Part shown: positions 1 through 13,619 of the stretch, piece by piece
How positions within the stretch are numbered: position 1 is the first letter of the stretch
Layout of the letters: every line of letters starts with the position of its first letter
Assembly: GCF_009834535.1 (NCBI RefSeq)
Contig: NC_045698.1
Coordinates: 15,316,001-15,380,000 of the forward strand
DNA length: 64,000 nt
Source: Camelus ferus
Taxonomy: Eukaryota
Reading direction: 5' to 3'
Translations under genes and position numbers: made by a program
The notes under the pieces: generated by a model
The model's database searches: none
Seen by the model: the letters and a program-made list of their open reading frames with translations, nothing else
What the model was told of the DNA's origin: nothing

Positions 1-1257
1 TTCAAAATTTCATATCCTTTATGAACTTAATACAATTCATATCATTAAGACTTAATCTACTGAAACGCCAGTGGATAGAGATGAAGCTTTTAGATAATAA
101 GCAATATCAGAACATCGGAGTCTTCAGCTGCTGCAAACTCCTGATTAAGCTCCAGTAGAATGTGGAAAGGGAAGTCGATATTTCTGAGGTGATTCCTGGG
201 AAACATATGATCTTTCCCAGAGCTGAATTTCCTCAATATCAGATACCTTTTACTAAATGGGTTGTGATGCGTTGTCCTCATCAGATAGTAAAAGAGCAAA
301 AGCAATTTTATGGATCATTTTACAGCAGGCACGTCAGTGTTCTGCATTATTTATTTCTTTTTTCAGAATGTTCTACCACGAAGATGATGTTCTCGTAAAA
401 AGATGTTTCGTGACATCACAGAATCCTCACCAGCACTGTGTGCTTCAGAATCAGACTGTTGCCTATAAATCACCGACTTTAAGTGTGAGAAGGGATAATA
501 GATAAGATTCTGAATGACAGGAAATTTTGGAAAGGATTAAGAGATGCTTAAAGGTCATATAGGAGCAGAAGTAAAGTTAGAATTCAGAGCTTCTGATAGA
601 ATCTGAGCAAATTTTCATAAAACTAAAATGACTTCAATTTGTCACTCCTCATGAGAGTGAGAAGCCAAAACAAAACAGCACATCAACATAATAAATTATA
701 CATTTTTAAAGAGGAGAACATGTACTTAGGTGTGAAAGATAAGGTGGTTTACTGAGACCATAATACCATTTGACAGCACAGCTGGGAAAGGACTCTTTTC
801 TAAGTCTAGTTGGCAATCATTATTTCTGTCACTGGCTTAACAGTCTTTGATAGAGTATTTACTTTGCTTCAGTCCTATTTATTCTCAGTCCATGGATATT
901 TGGACTTAGATCCTGCCTTCCTTTTTTCTTCCCCAACAAGTACATTTCCATTTTCATTATTGGAGGTACAGTGCAGTTATTGAGCCATTATACAATGATT
1001 TTCATGTATCTATATTGATACAATTTTCTTCAATTTCCAGAAAGTTCACATTCAAGTATAGGTTTTTTTCTTGTGTGTATCAGAAATACAATATCTTTAA
1101 ATTTGTCGTACTTGCATGATTTATTTTTAAAACCAAGAATCTATCTTTAGATTAAAATATCCTTTAAATATTATACTTCTATTAATTCTGCTAATAATTA
1201 TTATAGGTTAGTAGAGTTTGAGTTTTTTTTTTTTTTTAATTACCTAGTTCTAGGAGT

Positions 1258-1470
1258 TACTCATTCATAAACGGTGCTTTTCTGGACACTGAGACACTGA
1301 AGATGGGAATTCACTCTTTGTTTATAGGGTAAGCAAGTCTAGGTTACATAGAAGGTAACAGGAGAAAAATGCCCTCCTCATGGTACTTACAGTTTTGCAA
1401 AGAAGACAAACAAGAAAACAAAAACTGACATTTCAAATTTTGGTAAGTGTTATTTTGTGTAAGGTGTTAC
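1258..1470 (-). mobile_element. L2 LINE 3' end fragment (old, degraded)
   Basis: tcattcat start and 'tgccctcctcatggtacttacagtttt' resemble the reverse complement of the L2 3' tail; matched by eye. Confidence 0.55.
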
Positions 1471-2367
1471 ACAATGGTTTTCTTCTGTTGGTTTAGAAAC
1501 TTTATTTTTCTCTCTTTGCTTTCAATTCATAAAATACTATAATGGCCACATATTCTTCCCTATACTCAACATACGAGTTTAAGAATCAAATACCCTTTCA
1601 CTTTTGCCTTCAGGAGCTAGATTTCTGTCTGACTTTAATACCAATCACTATTTTTGAGTCTATTTGCACTTCTTTCTAAAGTAGCATTGCTTTTATTTCC
1701 AGTGGAAGGAACCAAGTCACCCTCCCTTTTAAGCACTCACTCCATTGTTCCCACATCCTCCTTTCAACAAGGAGTTTAAGCACCAGAGATACCAGCTCTC
1801 TCCTATGCTAAGACAGAGCTTCTGGGATTAAAAAACTGACTCATTCAAAGTACATCTAGCTGCTGAATGATAAAGTACTACTAATTGTAATAATTCCAGG
1901 AGATTTTTTAAAAATAAGAAGGTCCAATTGAAAACAGGGTGTATTGTCCAGGAAAAATATTTTGTTGTTGTTGAGATGGTTTTGAGAGGAGAGTTTAAAA
2001 TACTTTCCTCACATTCACAAAGAAGTAGACCAGCCCCAGGGACCACTGAGTGGGCATCACTGAACATCTTTATATCCCCCGTCAAAGTCATCAGATTCTT
2101 GGCTGAGAAGGCACTCCACTTCCATCAAGCTGAAATCTGAAGAACTTAAGGCTGAAGAATGCTGAGAATTAAAACTTTTCAAAGAATTTCAAAAGAATAA
2201 AAATGATGACAAAGACTGGATGGTGAAACAGAATGCTGAAGGAAGTGGCTGGACACACTAAAGAAAGAGAAAAGAGAAGAGAGAAAGGTCATCTTAAGCT
2301 TGGAACCTGGTGGAGGTTGTCAGGAGAGACTTTATCGCTAACAGCAGCCTTAAGGAAATAGCTTGAA

Positions 2368-2572
2368 CTGCACCATCTACTAAGGACACTAGACACATGT
2401 GACTATTTTAACTTATATTTACATTAACTAATTAAAAAAAAATTAAAATCTCAGTCCCAGAGATATTTGTCCACACTCCACTGTCTCAGTAGCCACATGT
2501 ACCTCATGACCACCATGTTCGATTGGGCAGACATAAACGAGTTCTTTCACTGCAGAAAGTTCAGTCAGTCCT
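2368..2572 (-). mobile_element. MER3-like hAT-Charlie MITE
   Basis: Two agccacatgt/gacacatgtgactatt motifs flank an AT-rich core, with 'ctgcagaaagttc' near the end, as in reverse-complemented MER3. Confidence 0.75.
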
Positions 2573-3079
2573 GGGCTAGTCTAATAAGAGAAAAGGGGCA
2601 GAAGAAGGAGTCTAGAGTTTATGAAACAACATTTTTTTCTGCAGAGAATTAAAAACAGGTTTTATTAATAGGGCATAAATTAGAAGGTCATGAGTACAGG
2701 GAGATGTAATTAGATTTTTAGCCAAAGGCAAGATTATGGTATTTGTGTCATTCTAAGTAACCAAATTTATACTCTGGATCCGGGCATATTTCCATAATGT
2801 TCCTTTAAGCACGAATCCCTAAGATAGTAAAAAATGGGAAGTAGGAGTTTTGTGGACAAAATAATCATGAGAAAGAAATTGCTCCAAATTTACCTTTTTA
2901 CTGACTGAACATTCACAAGACCTAAGATGTGACCCCAAATCAAAACCTAAAAACGTATCACATAAATTAATTCTGAAACCCAAAGAGAAATGAAACATTT
3001 GCCTGGATCGACATTTATCCCCCTTTTACTCAACTGGTAGTACACCCTAGTTCAGTATAAAAAGTACAGTTGTAAGTGA

Positions 3080-3430
3080 CTAGCTCCTAGAGTTCTAAGC
3101 AGAAGGATGTGTTGGTCAGTCTCTACTCAAGACTTGGCAGTGGTGTGCAGGGTGGATTTGAGAAGACCATGTGGAAACATTTTATAAAAATGCTTTATTA
3201 ATCCATGCAGGTATGACAAAATACTTAATTAGAACAGAAATATTATGGAGGAAGCAAAAGGGCAGGAATGTAAGAAAATGTTAGAAAATGTAACTGTGGA
3301 TTATGACTTAGAGGATAGATACATAAGGAAAAGGGAAGAGTCTAACATGACTCTCTGCCTTGGGTGATATCCATGCAATTCCTTAAAGTAGAGCATTATA
3401 GAGGAATGATCAAGTATTATGGGAAAATAT
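3080..3430 (-). mobile_element. L2 LINE internal fragment
   Basis: Purine-rich stretch with 'aagggaagagtctaacatgactctc', typical of antisense L2. Confidence 0.45.
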
Positions 3431-5151
3431 AGCCACGTATTTAAAAAATATTTTTAAAACAGTTGTATATATCCTGGTAGAGCTAAGTAGTTGCACCCAC
3501 TTCCTACCGTTCTTTACCTGCCAGACCAGCTAAATGTTTATTCACTCTATTATTATTGTTATTTATATTATTACTACTACTACATTACCATAACTCATGA
3601 CATTAACATACATGTCAAATAAGAATTAAAGTTTGGAGCAATAGGAGAGCTTTGCCTAAGCAGTGCAAAATTTTTTAAATCATATGTTTGAACTTCCTTT
3701 GTTTCTGTGCTACTAACAGTCTCTTACTGGTTGTTCTTTAAGGTCAGCTGCGTCCCCTGATACACTGCTGTACTTTGTGCCCCCAAGTTCCTGTCAATTG
3801 ATTACACAGAATAGTTTAGCTTTCTCTGTGGTTTGTCTGCTTTGAACTGTGGCCTCAGGTCTTCATGTTTTATTTCCCAAACATTTTTTTTTTTAAATCA
3901 TAGATCATCTCTTGCCAATTACTGAAAAAAAAATGCATCTTTTTATGGCTTTTTTTCTCATAACAATAACTTTAGAGTTTCTGATGTGTTCTCCTTAGAT
4001 ATTATTGTTGGTCCTTTGTCCTTTTTTGAATCTACACAATTTCTTAAATATTAAACCAGTTTAGATTTATCAGAGATGTGTCAAGGTCAGTTGTGACATG
4101 TCAGTTTATCATGCAGACAAAACAGCCAGTCCCTCACTGTAAGTGGACTCTTGGTGACAGAGGTACTAGAACTTCTAGAACTAATCAGCTGGCATCACCT
4201 TGTTTGGTCCTATAACCCAGAGATTTAATAGCTATAATTAAGTTTGCTTCCTTATGAAAACAGAATTACGTATATTTATTTTGCCCCTTATGATCCAACT
4301 GTTTATACTTCATCAAGTCTGATTGTGTTTGGATATAATCAGAATGTCCTCAGCTGATGAACTTTTTTTCCTAAATTACTAATTGTATATACTCACTCAA
4401 CTCCTGGCAACCGATGTATATTAGACCACTTGATTTATTTGTAGCTCTGATCTGCCTGTTTATGTCTGCTGGTATTTTAAGTCATTTGTTTCCCTAAAGA
4501 GGTTTTAAATTTTCCTTTTAACATCAGTTTACTGAATGTGAATTATTTTCTTGCTTCTTTTATTTGCACATGCTATTCAGGTGGTGATTGAATGTGTACA
4601 AATATATTTTATAAGGTATAGATTACTTTATGTTCATAAAGTAGTAAATTATAATTCATATAATGATATACCAATTATTTTGTTACATTTTCTCATCTTA
4701 AACTATTTTGTTGCATTTTCTCTGTCTATTAAGTGTTCAGATGCAAGAAATATATTGAGACAATTTAGCTTTTCTATCCCATTTATAATTCCTATTTATC
4801 TAAGAGGCTTACTCTGAAGATTGAGAGATACACTACTTACGAGAACACTTATAAAGCATACATACTAATGTGTACACATGTATGTGTAAATGAGTTAGTG
4901 TGTGTGTGGTGTGTGTGCAAACACTATAATGAGCAGAAGACATAAAAAAATGTTTGCAGATTCAATTTAGCATATTGGGAACATTAAAATCAATCATAAT
5001 GTATATTATAGATTCATTCCTATCAGAGTAATTCCACAAAACTGAAGAATTATCCTTTCTAACTGAAATTTGTAAAATATCAACTCCACTTAACGTGTTT
5101 CGTAGTCTGGAAGAGATACCTGTTTTATTCCCATAATACATTTGGAATGCT

Positions 5152-5724
5152 TAATTTTTTATTTTTATGCAATTTTTATAGTTATTACAAAATATTGGTT
5201 ATATTCCCCATGTTGTACAATACATCCTTGTAGCCTATTTTGCACCCAATAATTTGTACCTTCCACTCCCCTCACCCCTCCTGGTAACCACTAGTTTGTC
5301 TTCTATATCTGTGAGTCTGCTTCTTTTTGTTATATTCACTAGTTTGTTGTATTTTTTAGATTCCACATATAAGTGATATCATGATATCGTACAGTATTTT
5401 TCTTTCTCTATCTGACTGATTTCACTTAGCATAATGCCCTCCAAGTTCATCCATATTGCTACAAATGGCAAAATTTCATTCTTTTTTATGGCTGAGTAGT
5501 ATTCCATTGTATATAAATACCACATCTTTATCCATTCATCTGTTGATGGACATTTAGGTTTTTTCCATTATCTTGGCAATTGTAAACAATGCTACTATGA
5601 ACATTGGGGTGTTCTTTTCAAATTAGTGTTTTTGTTTTTCTCAGATACATACCTAGGAGTGGAATTGCTGGGTCATATGGTAGTTCTAATTTTAGTTTTT
5701 TGAGAAACCTCCAAACTGTTTTCT
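5152..5724 (-). mobile_element. L1 3' end (ORF2 C-terminus plus 3'UTR), relatively young artiodactyl-type subfamily
   Basis: Diagnostic strings 'ttagattccacatataagtgatatc', 'tggctgagtagtattccattgt', 'ggaattgctgggtcatatggtagttct', 'gagaaacctccaaactgttttc'. Confidence 0.93.
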
Positions 5725-6400
5725 ACCTCTGAGTATATGTCCAAAGGAAATTAAATCATGACCTTAAAGAGCTATTTGCACTCCCATGTTCATTGCAGCA
5801 TTGTTTACAAGAGCCAACATATTAGAGCAACCTAAGTGCTCATTAATGGATGAATAGGTAAAGAAGAGGTGGTATATTTGTATACAATGGAGAATGATAC
5901 CGACATGAGAAAGAAGCAAATGCTACCATTTGTGACAATATGAGTGAAACCTGAGGGCATTTTGCTAAATGAAATAAATGACAGAAATAGATGAATACTA
6001 TATATCTCACTTACATATGGAATCTAAAAAGCTGAACTCATAGAAACAGAGAGTAGAATGGTGGTTACCAGGGGCTGTGGGGTATAGGAAATGAGAAGAT
6101 ATTTGTCAAAGGGTACAAACTTCGTTATAAAATGGATAAGCTTTGAAGATCTAATACACAGCATTGTGACTGTAATTAATAATACTATAATGTATACTTG
6201 AAAGTTGCTAAGAGAACAGATCTTAAGTGCTCTCGTCATTTAAAAAATAAATGGCAATTATGTGACAAAAAGAGATGTTAGCTAACATCAGGGTGGTAAT
6301 CATTTTGTAACACACAAGTGTGTCAAATCAATATGTCCTATACCTTAAACTTAAGAATGTCATCATGAATTGTATTTCAATAAAGCTGGAGAAAAAAAAA
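5725..6400 (+). mobile_element. L1MA9-like L1 3' end with poly(A) signal and A tail
   Basis: 'catgttcattgcagcattgtttaca', 'gaactcatagaaacagagagtagaatggtggttaccagggg', ending in 'tcaataaagctggagaaaaaaaaa'. Confidence 0.92.
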
Positions 6401-6436
6401 GAATATATACCACTTAAAGTGATAGAAAACTGATAT

Positions 6437-6468
6437 TAATAATAATAATAATAACAATAACAATAATA
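6437..6468. repeat. (AAT/AAC)n microsatellite
   Basis: taataataataataataacaataacaataata read directly. Confidence 0.85.
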
Positions 6469-7229
6469 GGTATAGAAAGTACACTAAGAGAGATACATAT
6501 TTAAGAAACTCCAAAAAGGTAGACAGGCATTTAGATTGGACTTTTAAAAACAGACAACTATAGACAATTATAATATGAACAAAAAGTGGAAAAATTATAT
6601 AAAAACAGAAACGAGTTAAGTTGCACTAGATTCTAGGATGCATAATGATGCAAAGTGTGGGAGTTTAAGTCACAGTCAGATGGAGCAAAGCCTGTTACAG
6701 GTAGACTGCATATCATCTTTAGGCAATGGGGGTTGACTACAATTTGAACTAATATAATGAAATGGATACATTTCTTATAGTAGCACGAAAAATCATACAA
6801 GGACGTTGTAAAAGAATGCAAAAGAATGAGGATCTGATCTAAGGGAGTGGCAGTAGCCGGTCTGGCAAGCAAACAGCCCAGCAGCAAGGAAGTCATTTTA
6901 ACTTCGACAAACACATCCAGAAGCCAGAAACTAGAGCCTCATTCATGAAGGATGTGCAGAAACACCACAACCGAGGATGTGCAACTCTGGGCGTCTAGAT
7001 AGTAAGAACAGAAGACAAACAATTTAATGGTGAATTATAACAAACAAAAAGAAAATACTTTTTCTTGCCTCTGTTTTAGGTTACCCATCTATATGCTCCC
7101 ATAGTAACACGTGCATTTCTTATTACTGAACTGATTTTTCATTATTGCAATCACTTATTTACCTCTTGTGGCAAATTGGAGACATATATACATAGAGAGA
7201 TGCATAACTCTGTCTGTCTGTCTATCTAA

Positions 7230-7295
7230 CTGTCCCAAATACGTCCAGATCCTAATCCCTGGAAACTGTGAATGTTACCTTATATGTGGAAAAGA
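7230..7295 (+). mobile_element. MLT1 (MLT1C/D-like) MaLR LTR 5' fragment
   Basis: 'gtccagatcctaatccctggaaactgtgaatgttaccttatatgtggaaaag' matches the MLT1D start. Confidence 0.75.
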
Positions 7296-9599
7296 AAAGA
7301 AAAACAAAAAACAAAAAACAAAACCACCTGAAACTCATAAAATATAAAAACATATCTTTTTATTATTATTTAGCACAGTCTTTGAGATATATTCAACTGA
7401 GAAAGGCTTCTTTCTCTGTATCTCCTATTAATGATTATCTGGCAGAATCAATTTCCTGCTGGAATACCCAAGAAAATATTTAACAAAATTTTGTCAAGTG
7501 TAACTTTCAATCTAAAATATTACGATTGAACTCATGGAATTAGGTTAATCAAAGACAGACTGCTTTGTTTTAATTATTTTTCTATTTTAGTTTTTCATAG
7601 ATGTTCGAAAAAGGTGAGGAACATATTGTCAATTCTCTACCTGCTGATGCTCAGCAGCATCCCAGGAGAGTGAATCAAGAATGAGCTGCTCTCAGGGACA
7701 CCCCAGCTGAAAGAGGTTAGTCCCATGGTAACCTGGACTGTAAAGATATTAAGAAATGAATAAGGGTCCTCATAGGACCACCGGCTAAATGTTTAATTTC
7801 AAGTAGAAAAAAATTGGAATTCAATAGCAATTGTATAAATACGTAGATTGATAAATAAGTTGAAAGTCCTGTAAATTTTTTTTTAAGACTGGGAGTGTTT
7901 CAGCAGATTATAGCGTTGAAAGGCAACAAAATCTCTGCTAAGCTGACAGAATAATACACACATGAAAATCATTCCAGACATGGTCAATCTAGCAAAGTCA
8001 ATGATAGCCACGTACAATTTTGGACGATTAATTCATAATATTTAAGCTAAATTACACAGGATGAATGTGCCCCTAAACAACGAGATTGTTCCAGGGAGGT
8101 TATTAAATAGACTAGAAAAGATTCCCCTGATATCACCTGCAGAGACGGGTTATGGAGATGAATTGGCCACTGGTCATTTCTGGTTCCTCTTTACAACATT
8201 CAAATGAGGCCTCAGACGTGAGGCAGAATAGAATCCACGCACAGCAAGGCTGTTGCATATGCATAATGCAATTTAGAAAACTTTCTTCAAGTAACAGTGA
8301 AAGGGCTCAGCACCAGGGTAATTACAAATGGGATCATCTAAAGAATTTACAAGGACAGGAAGCCTACAACTGAAAATGAATGGATCCATCAATAACACAA
8401 AGAGCCCCATGTGAGAGAAAGGTGTACAGATTACAAGGCAGAATGGACGATTTTAACAGCACATGGAAGCATATCCAGGAATATTTTATGGTTTTTTTCT
8501 GAAAGAACATTTAATGTGCACAGAAAATAGGGCAATTTTCATGACAAAGTCCTAAATAGAGGGAACATTTAAATGTCATCAAATTATGGTTCCTCTAAGG
8601 CTAAAGTTTAAAATGCCCTTCTAATTTTTTCACTAATAAAGTGTATGTGATCTGCTTCTTGTTTTCTTTCATTGATTCTTAATATAAAGGCACCCCTTTT
8701 AATGTATTATCAGAAATTACACTGATTGTATTACAGTGAAAGATATATTTTGTTTATTCAGTTACAATATACAATTGCCAATCTTGCTCAGTATTAAAGT
8801 CAATGCCACAAATACTAAAGGCTAAGAAATTATCTTCGATTCCACTTTTGTTTTCTAATGTATGAATCAAATTAAGAAATAATCTGTATCAAATTTAGGA
8901 ACAACTACTTAAGTTTCTTCTCTATTTTCTGTTTAAAGTGTTTGCTTTTCATATGCATTGATCTTGAGGAATGTTCATTAATTAATAAGTAAAGATACTT
9001 TCAGTAAACCTGTCTATTTTTCATGACTTTTAGTCATGTTTATGTTCCATGAAAAGTATTCTTACAATGTCTTTTATGTAGGGTTAGATCACCAGTGTGA
9101 ATTCATGCAGTCCAGGTTGCGTTCACAAGTGATAAAACAAACCAGAAAAAGTTCACATGAAATGAACTAGTTTTCTAGAGTTCCTTGTAGGTTATTTCCT
9201 TACAGCTTATAACTTGTAGCCTTGCTGGCAAATCTGGAGATGCATGTGTCTTTATGAGGGGCAGGGGTTGTAATATTTCCTAATATGGCAATTACTATAG
9301 ATCATGTGATAAACCCTTAGGGCTTTTGAGGGAAAAGTGAAGGGGAAAAATGCAGAGGAGAAGAAAAAAAGCTATAAGAATTATACAAAGGAAAATAAAT
9401 GTATCAAAAGAGGCAATTAAGTGTTCCCATGATGGCCTGGGCACATACAAAAGGATTTTACAATATGCAGAGAATGCATGTCTAATACGACTGCTTATTG
9501 AGTTCTGCCACTTAGGAATGGGCATTTATGCTATAAAAAAGAGGAACTGATTTTCTCCACAACAATATAAAAAAATCAGTATAACCTATGAATTGTTTC

Positions 9600-10065
9600 C
9601 TCACATTTAGAACGGTCTTCTCTATATATTTACATTTTTTAAGCCTCCTTATCACCTGCTGAAATTCCATTTCTCAGTCTACATCTGGATTTCCATACCC
9701 ACGTTGGTAATCCGCATCTCAAGAAGAATGGATAATAACTGTTTTCTTAGAATTTGCCCTTTCTCCTCCATTTCCTATTTTAAGAAACAAAGATGAAGAC
9801 AGTTCAGCTACTCTTTTTTGCTGTATCCAGCGAGTCACTACATTATCTCTAAATTATTTCTCAAGTTTGCCTCCTCCTTTCCATTGAAGGAATCATCATC
9901 TTACTTCCCACCTCAACCACTGATGTCGCGATGAATGGCTCTCCACACCTCCAGGATTATCCTGGTTCAGTAACACTTTCCAACCTAGCGACAACGATTT
10001 TCAAACTGGCAGTTATAGCTAGGTCACTCCCCTGCACAGTATCCTTCAATGTCTTTCAACCACCT
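9600..10065 (+). mobile_element. L2 LINE fragment
   Basis: Pyrimidine-rich, with 'aggtcactcccctgcacagtatccttcaatgtctttc', typical of the L2 3' region. Confidence 0.55.
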
Positions 10066-11715
10066 TCAAAATAAAGCTTGTGTAAGAGGAAGCTGTGAAA
10101 GCAAAGTAATTTTGTTCCAGATGAGTTCTACCTCCTTCCTGATGTAAGACTTCTTTAGCCATAAAGTAAAAGGAACGCTGTGCTTTACAAGGAGGGCAGA
10201 ATTTGGCTGAGAATGAGGAGGCCACTGCTTTGCTCTGAATATCAAGGGAGTGTTAGACTCGTGTACTAAAAGTCCAGTGAGAGAACAAGCTAAAAGCAAA
10301 TGCTCTTTGTGTTCCAGTTTTCCTTGGAGAAGAGAGGAAGACGCTTTCTCAGAATTCCCAATGTGGAATTTTCATATGTTAGGATCCAAGCCCGGTTGTT
10401 TCAGATCAGAGAATTTTGATGTTGGTGTTTGTTTTGTTGGGGTTTTTTCATTGCTGTTTTGGTCAGTAAGGCAATTGGAAAATTATAGAGTGTTACAGAG
10501 AGTTATACTGAAAGAGGAGTGATGAACGGGTATCATTTTGTTGTTGTTGCTAAAAGATGGTGGGAGAAGTAGAAAAAAATAAAAGGCAAAAGTTTAGATG
10601 TGAATCCTGTCTTTATTCCTGGATCTAGATGAAGGTTAGGTTGAAAGGCAATTCGTTGTAAATCTAGAAGGTCGATGTCTCTTTCCCATCCTTGCGATGC
10701 TGAAAGACTGTGTCTCAGAGAATCCTGCAGTTGCCCTAATGTTAAGTCAAATGTGACACGTGAAGATAAGAAGGTTGATCCCGAGGAAATTACTTACAAA
10801 GATGGTCCTGAAGTAGTTCCCCTGCTTCTCCTCAGACAACACACAAAGTCCAAATGATCAAAACTTTCCCAAGTGCCCCCGTGAGGCAAAAGTAGTAGAA
10901 CTGAGGATGCTGAGTGGAAGGGGTGGGGTGCGTTGATGCCACGTGGACAGACAGGGGCCACCACTGGGCTGTGGAAGCAGAGTGGCACTCACAACAGTCG
11001 CGGTGAGTCACCACGAGGAAACCATGAGGTGTTAGGAGGAGCAAACAGGCTTCCTGTGTTATGAGAGTCAAACACTTCACTGTGATCACAGAGAGGGGAC
11101 AGTGTGAAACACAGCATGGCCCTTCCCCAGTGACTTGAGGAAACCAGAGACCCAGTGCCATTTTGGGAAGGTGGATCAGAAAAGGACTCTTGAGAAGTAA
11201 GAAACAATAAAATATCAAGTAATTTATAACCTAGATTCTTTTAAACTAGATATTTCTAAGAAACTTTTCATTGTTGAGAGCAAATGTATTCACTATCATT
11301 GAGAAACGATTATTATAGGAAATAGCACACTTCTGTGTACGTCTGACATACACTATAAATACGCTGACCCCATCAGATCAATTACAAGTCATTTCAATCA
11401 TTGCAGTAATCTTAACTGATGCCTTGTGCCAGATGGGTGATGAAACAGTGAGTAAATCAGCACTGATCTTCTTCCACCCTGGCTTTACAGAAAGTCAGAG
11501 GAGACAGAAAAGTAAACAGTTAAATAGTATAAGGTGTGAAAATTCTGCCTGAGAGCCCAAAGTGGGGGCACCTAGCCAGATCAAAAAAAGGAACAGAGTA
11601 GACCTAATTCCTGGTTATTTTCCTGCATGTGTCCAATGCTCCAGTGATACTGAATTTAACAGGTCCTGATATTACTAGGGTCTCAAACTTTCATGCACTT
11701 GCAAACGTCACTGTC

Positions 11716-12185
11716 TGTGTTAGTTTCCTATTACTGTTGGAACATTACCACTAATTTTGTAGCTTAAAACAGCACAAACTATTCCTCTGTAATGCTGGAG
11801 GTCAGAGTCCTAGCATCAACGTGTTGGAGGGCTGGGCTCCCGCTGGCGGGTCTAGGAGGGAGTCTGTTTCCTTGCCTTTTCCAGCTTCCAGAGGCCGCCT
11901 GCATTCTTTGTCTGGTGACCCTGCCTCCTGTCCTCTAACCTCTGCTCTGTCATCTCATATCTTTCTCTCTGACTTGATCATCTTGCTTCCCTCTTCCTTC
12001 TTCCCTCATGACTACGTGTGGTCTATGTCCATAATCAGGATAACCCTCCCGTCTCCTGACCCTACCTCAATCACATCTGTAAAGACCCTTCTAGCATTTA
12101 AGGAAACCATTGTAACTGGTTTCAGGGGTGGTCATTGTCTTTTGCAGGATTGGGTCAAGGGGAACTGTTCATTCAGCCTACCAAA
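11716..12185 (-). mobile_element. MLT1C/D MaLR solo LTR
   Basis: Starts 'tgtgttagtttccta', contains 'ttccttgccttttccagcttccagaggccgcctgcattc', ends 'attcagcctacca'. Confidence 0.9.
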
Positions 12186-13477
12186 CTCAGAAACAATTTA
12201 CAATCAGATGTTTTTGTTTAAAAAAAAATCCTGGATGATAGCAAGTTAAAAAAATACAGGAGGCATATAAGGAATGAGTAAAGGAAAAAGAATGGGAAGG
12301 AAAGAAAGATAGGAGGAGAAAAAAAGAAGAATGGGAAAAAGTAAATCAGGCTCAGATTATAATAGCAAAAAGAAAGGTCGTGTTTATTGATGAAGGGTTA
12401 AAAACTCAGACTGCAGGATAGCTCATGTTATACCTATTTTGAAAGGAAGATTTCAAATGACCACTCCAACGTGTATGCATTTACACGTGCAAGCATGTTA
12501 ACAATATGTTTGAATGTTAGTAAAGGAATTTTAGATCCTCTTATCCAGTTGCTGAGTGCTATGAAATGGTTTTAAAACCATTCAAAGTAGTCACGCGTTG
12601 TCTTTAACTATACGTCTAAAGCATACTTTTGTAGCAAAAAAGGAAAATGATACTGTTACCAGCTGTATCTCAGAAAATGAGAAGTGTAGGTTGTTCATCA
12701 GAATATTCTTAGCTCTTTAATATTAGCCCTCAATTTGTCCTACTAATTCAGAATTACTGACCCTCAGGGCATGGTGACAGTGCTTTTATTTTAACATTTT
12801 ATAAAGCGTGGTCTGATAAGTAAAACCCATCGGCTAACATAAAAGAAGTTCCTTGTTAAACCTGGATATAATGTCTGCTTAGAGGACGATATCCCAAGCA
12901 TGAATCTTGTTGCATTAAAAGCCATTTAGACCTGTTTATTTCAACTCAAAACGCACAGACGGTCTCTAGCACTAAGTAGGAAAGTAATAGATTCTGATCG
13001 CATACGATATTTGTTCATTACATCTCTCCTTTTAAAAATTCATGCCACGTAGCTACTCCATGAGAGGTTATATGTATACAATTTTCTCCTAAAACACAGT
13101 TTCTGTTGAAGAAGTCATCTACTGTTGAGCTTAGAGATGCCTCTGATACATCTTTCTTTTAGTGCCTCATAGAAAAAGCAGCCCTTCACTTTGTTTGATT
13201 ATTGAAGGAGAATCCAGCAAATACCTTAGGCTGATCCATCTTAGAAATATCTGTAGTCTCATCTGCTGTGTAGCAAACCTGCCACACAGTCTAATTTGTT
13301 CTAACGCTCTTCCCTTTAAAGTTGCAGCAATATTTTCAATTACTTTTAAAGCAGTCTTTGCTGAGAAAGAATTGCATTTTACTCTATTGCCATATAGTTT
13401 CCTAGAGATTTCTGCTTCTCACCGCGGAAGAAAGATCAAGTGCTTCCTTGATGATACATGATTTTTTGTCTAAATCC

Positions 13478-13503
13478 TTTTTTTTTTTTTTTTTTTTTTT
13501 TTT
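13478..13503. repeat. poly(T) tract, 26 nt
   Basis: Direct count. Confidence 0.95.
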
Positions 13504-13619
13504 GGAATTGCCAGTAAGATAAGTTGGCTGTAAAGGCTTTCAGGGTCATTCTTCAACCCTTTCCAAAGCATTGTGAAAAATTTTTGTATTTCTTATAAAT
13601 TTTTTAACATACAATTAGC

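Noticed and set aside
11821..12249. 142-aa ORF
   Set aside because: Almost entirely within the MLT1 LTR; chance ORF
12565..12582. Perfect 18-bp palindrome aatggttttaaaaccatt
   Set aside because: About 0.25 expected per 64 kb at uniform composition and more in AT-rich DNA; not significant
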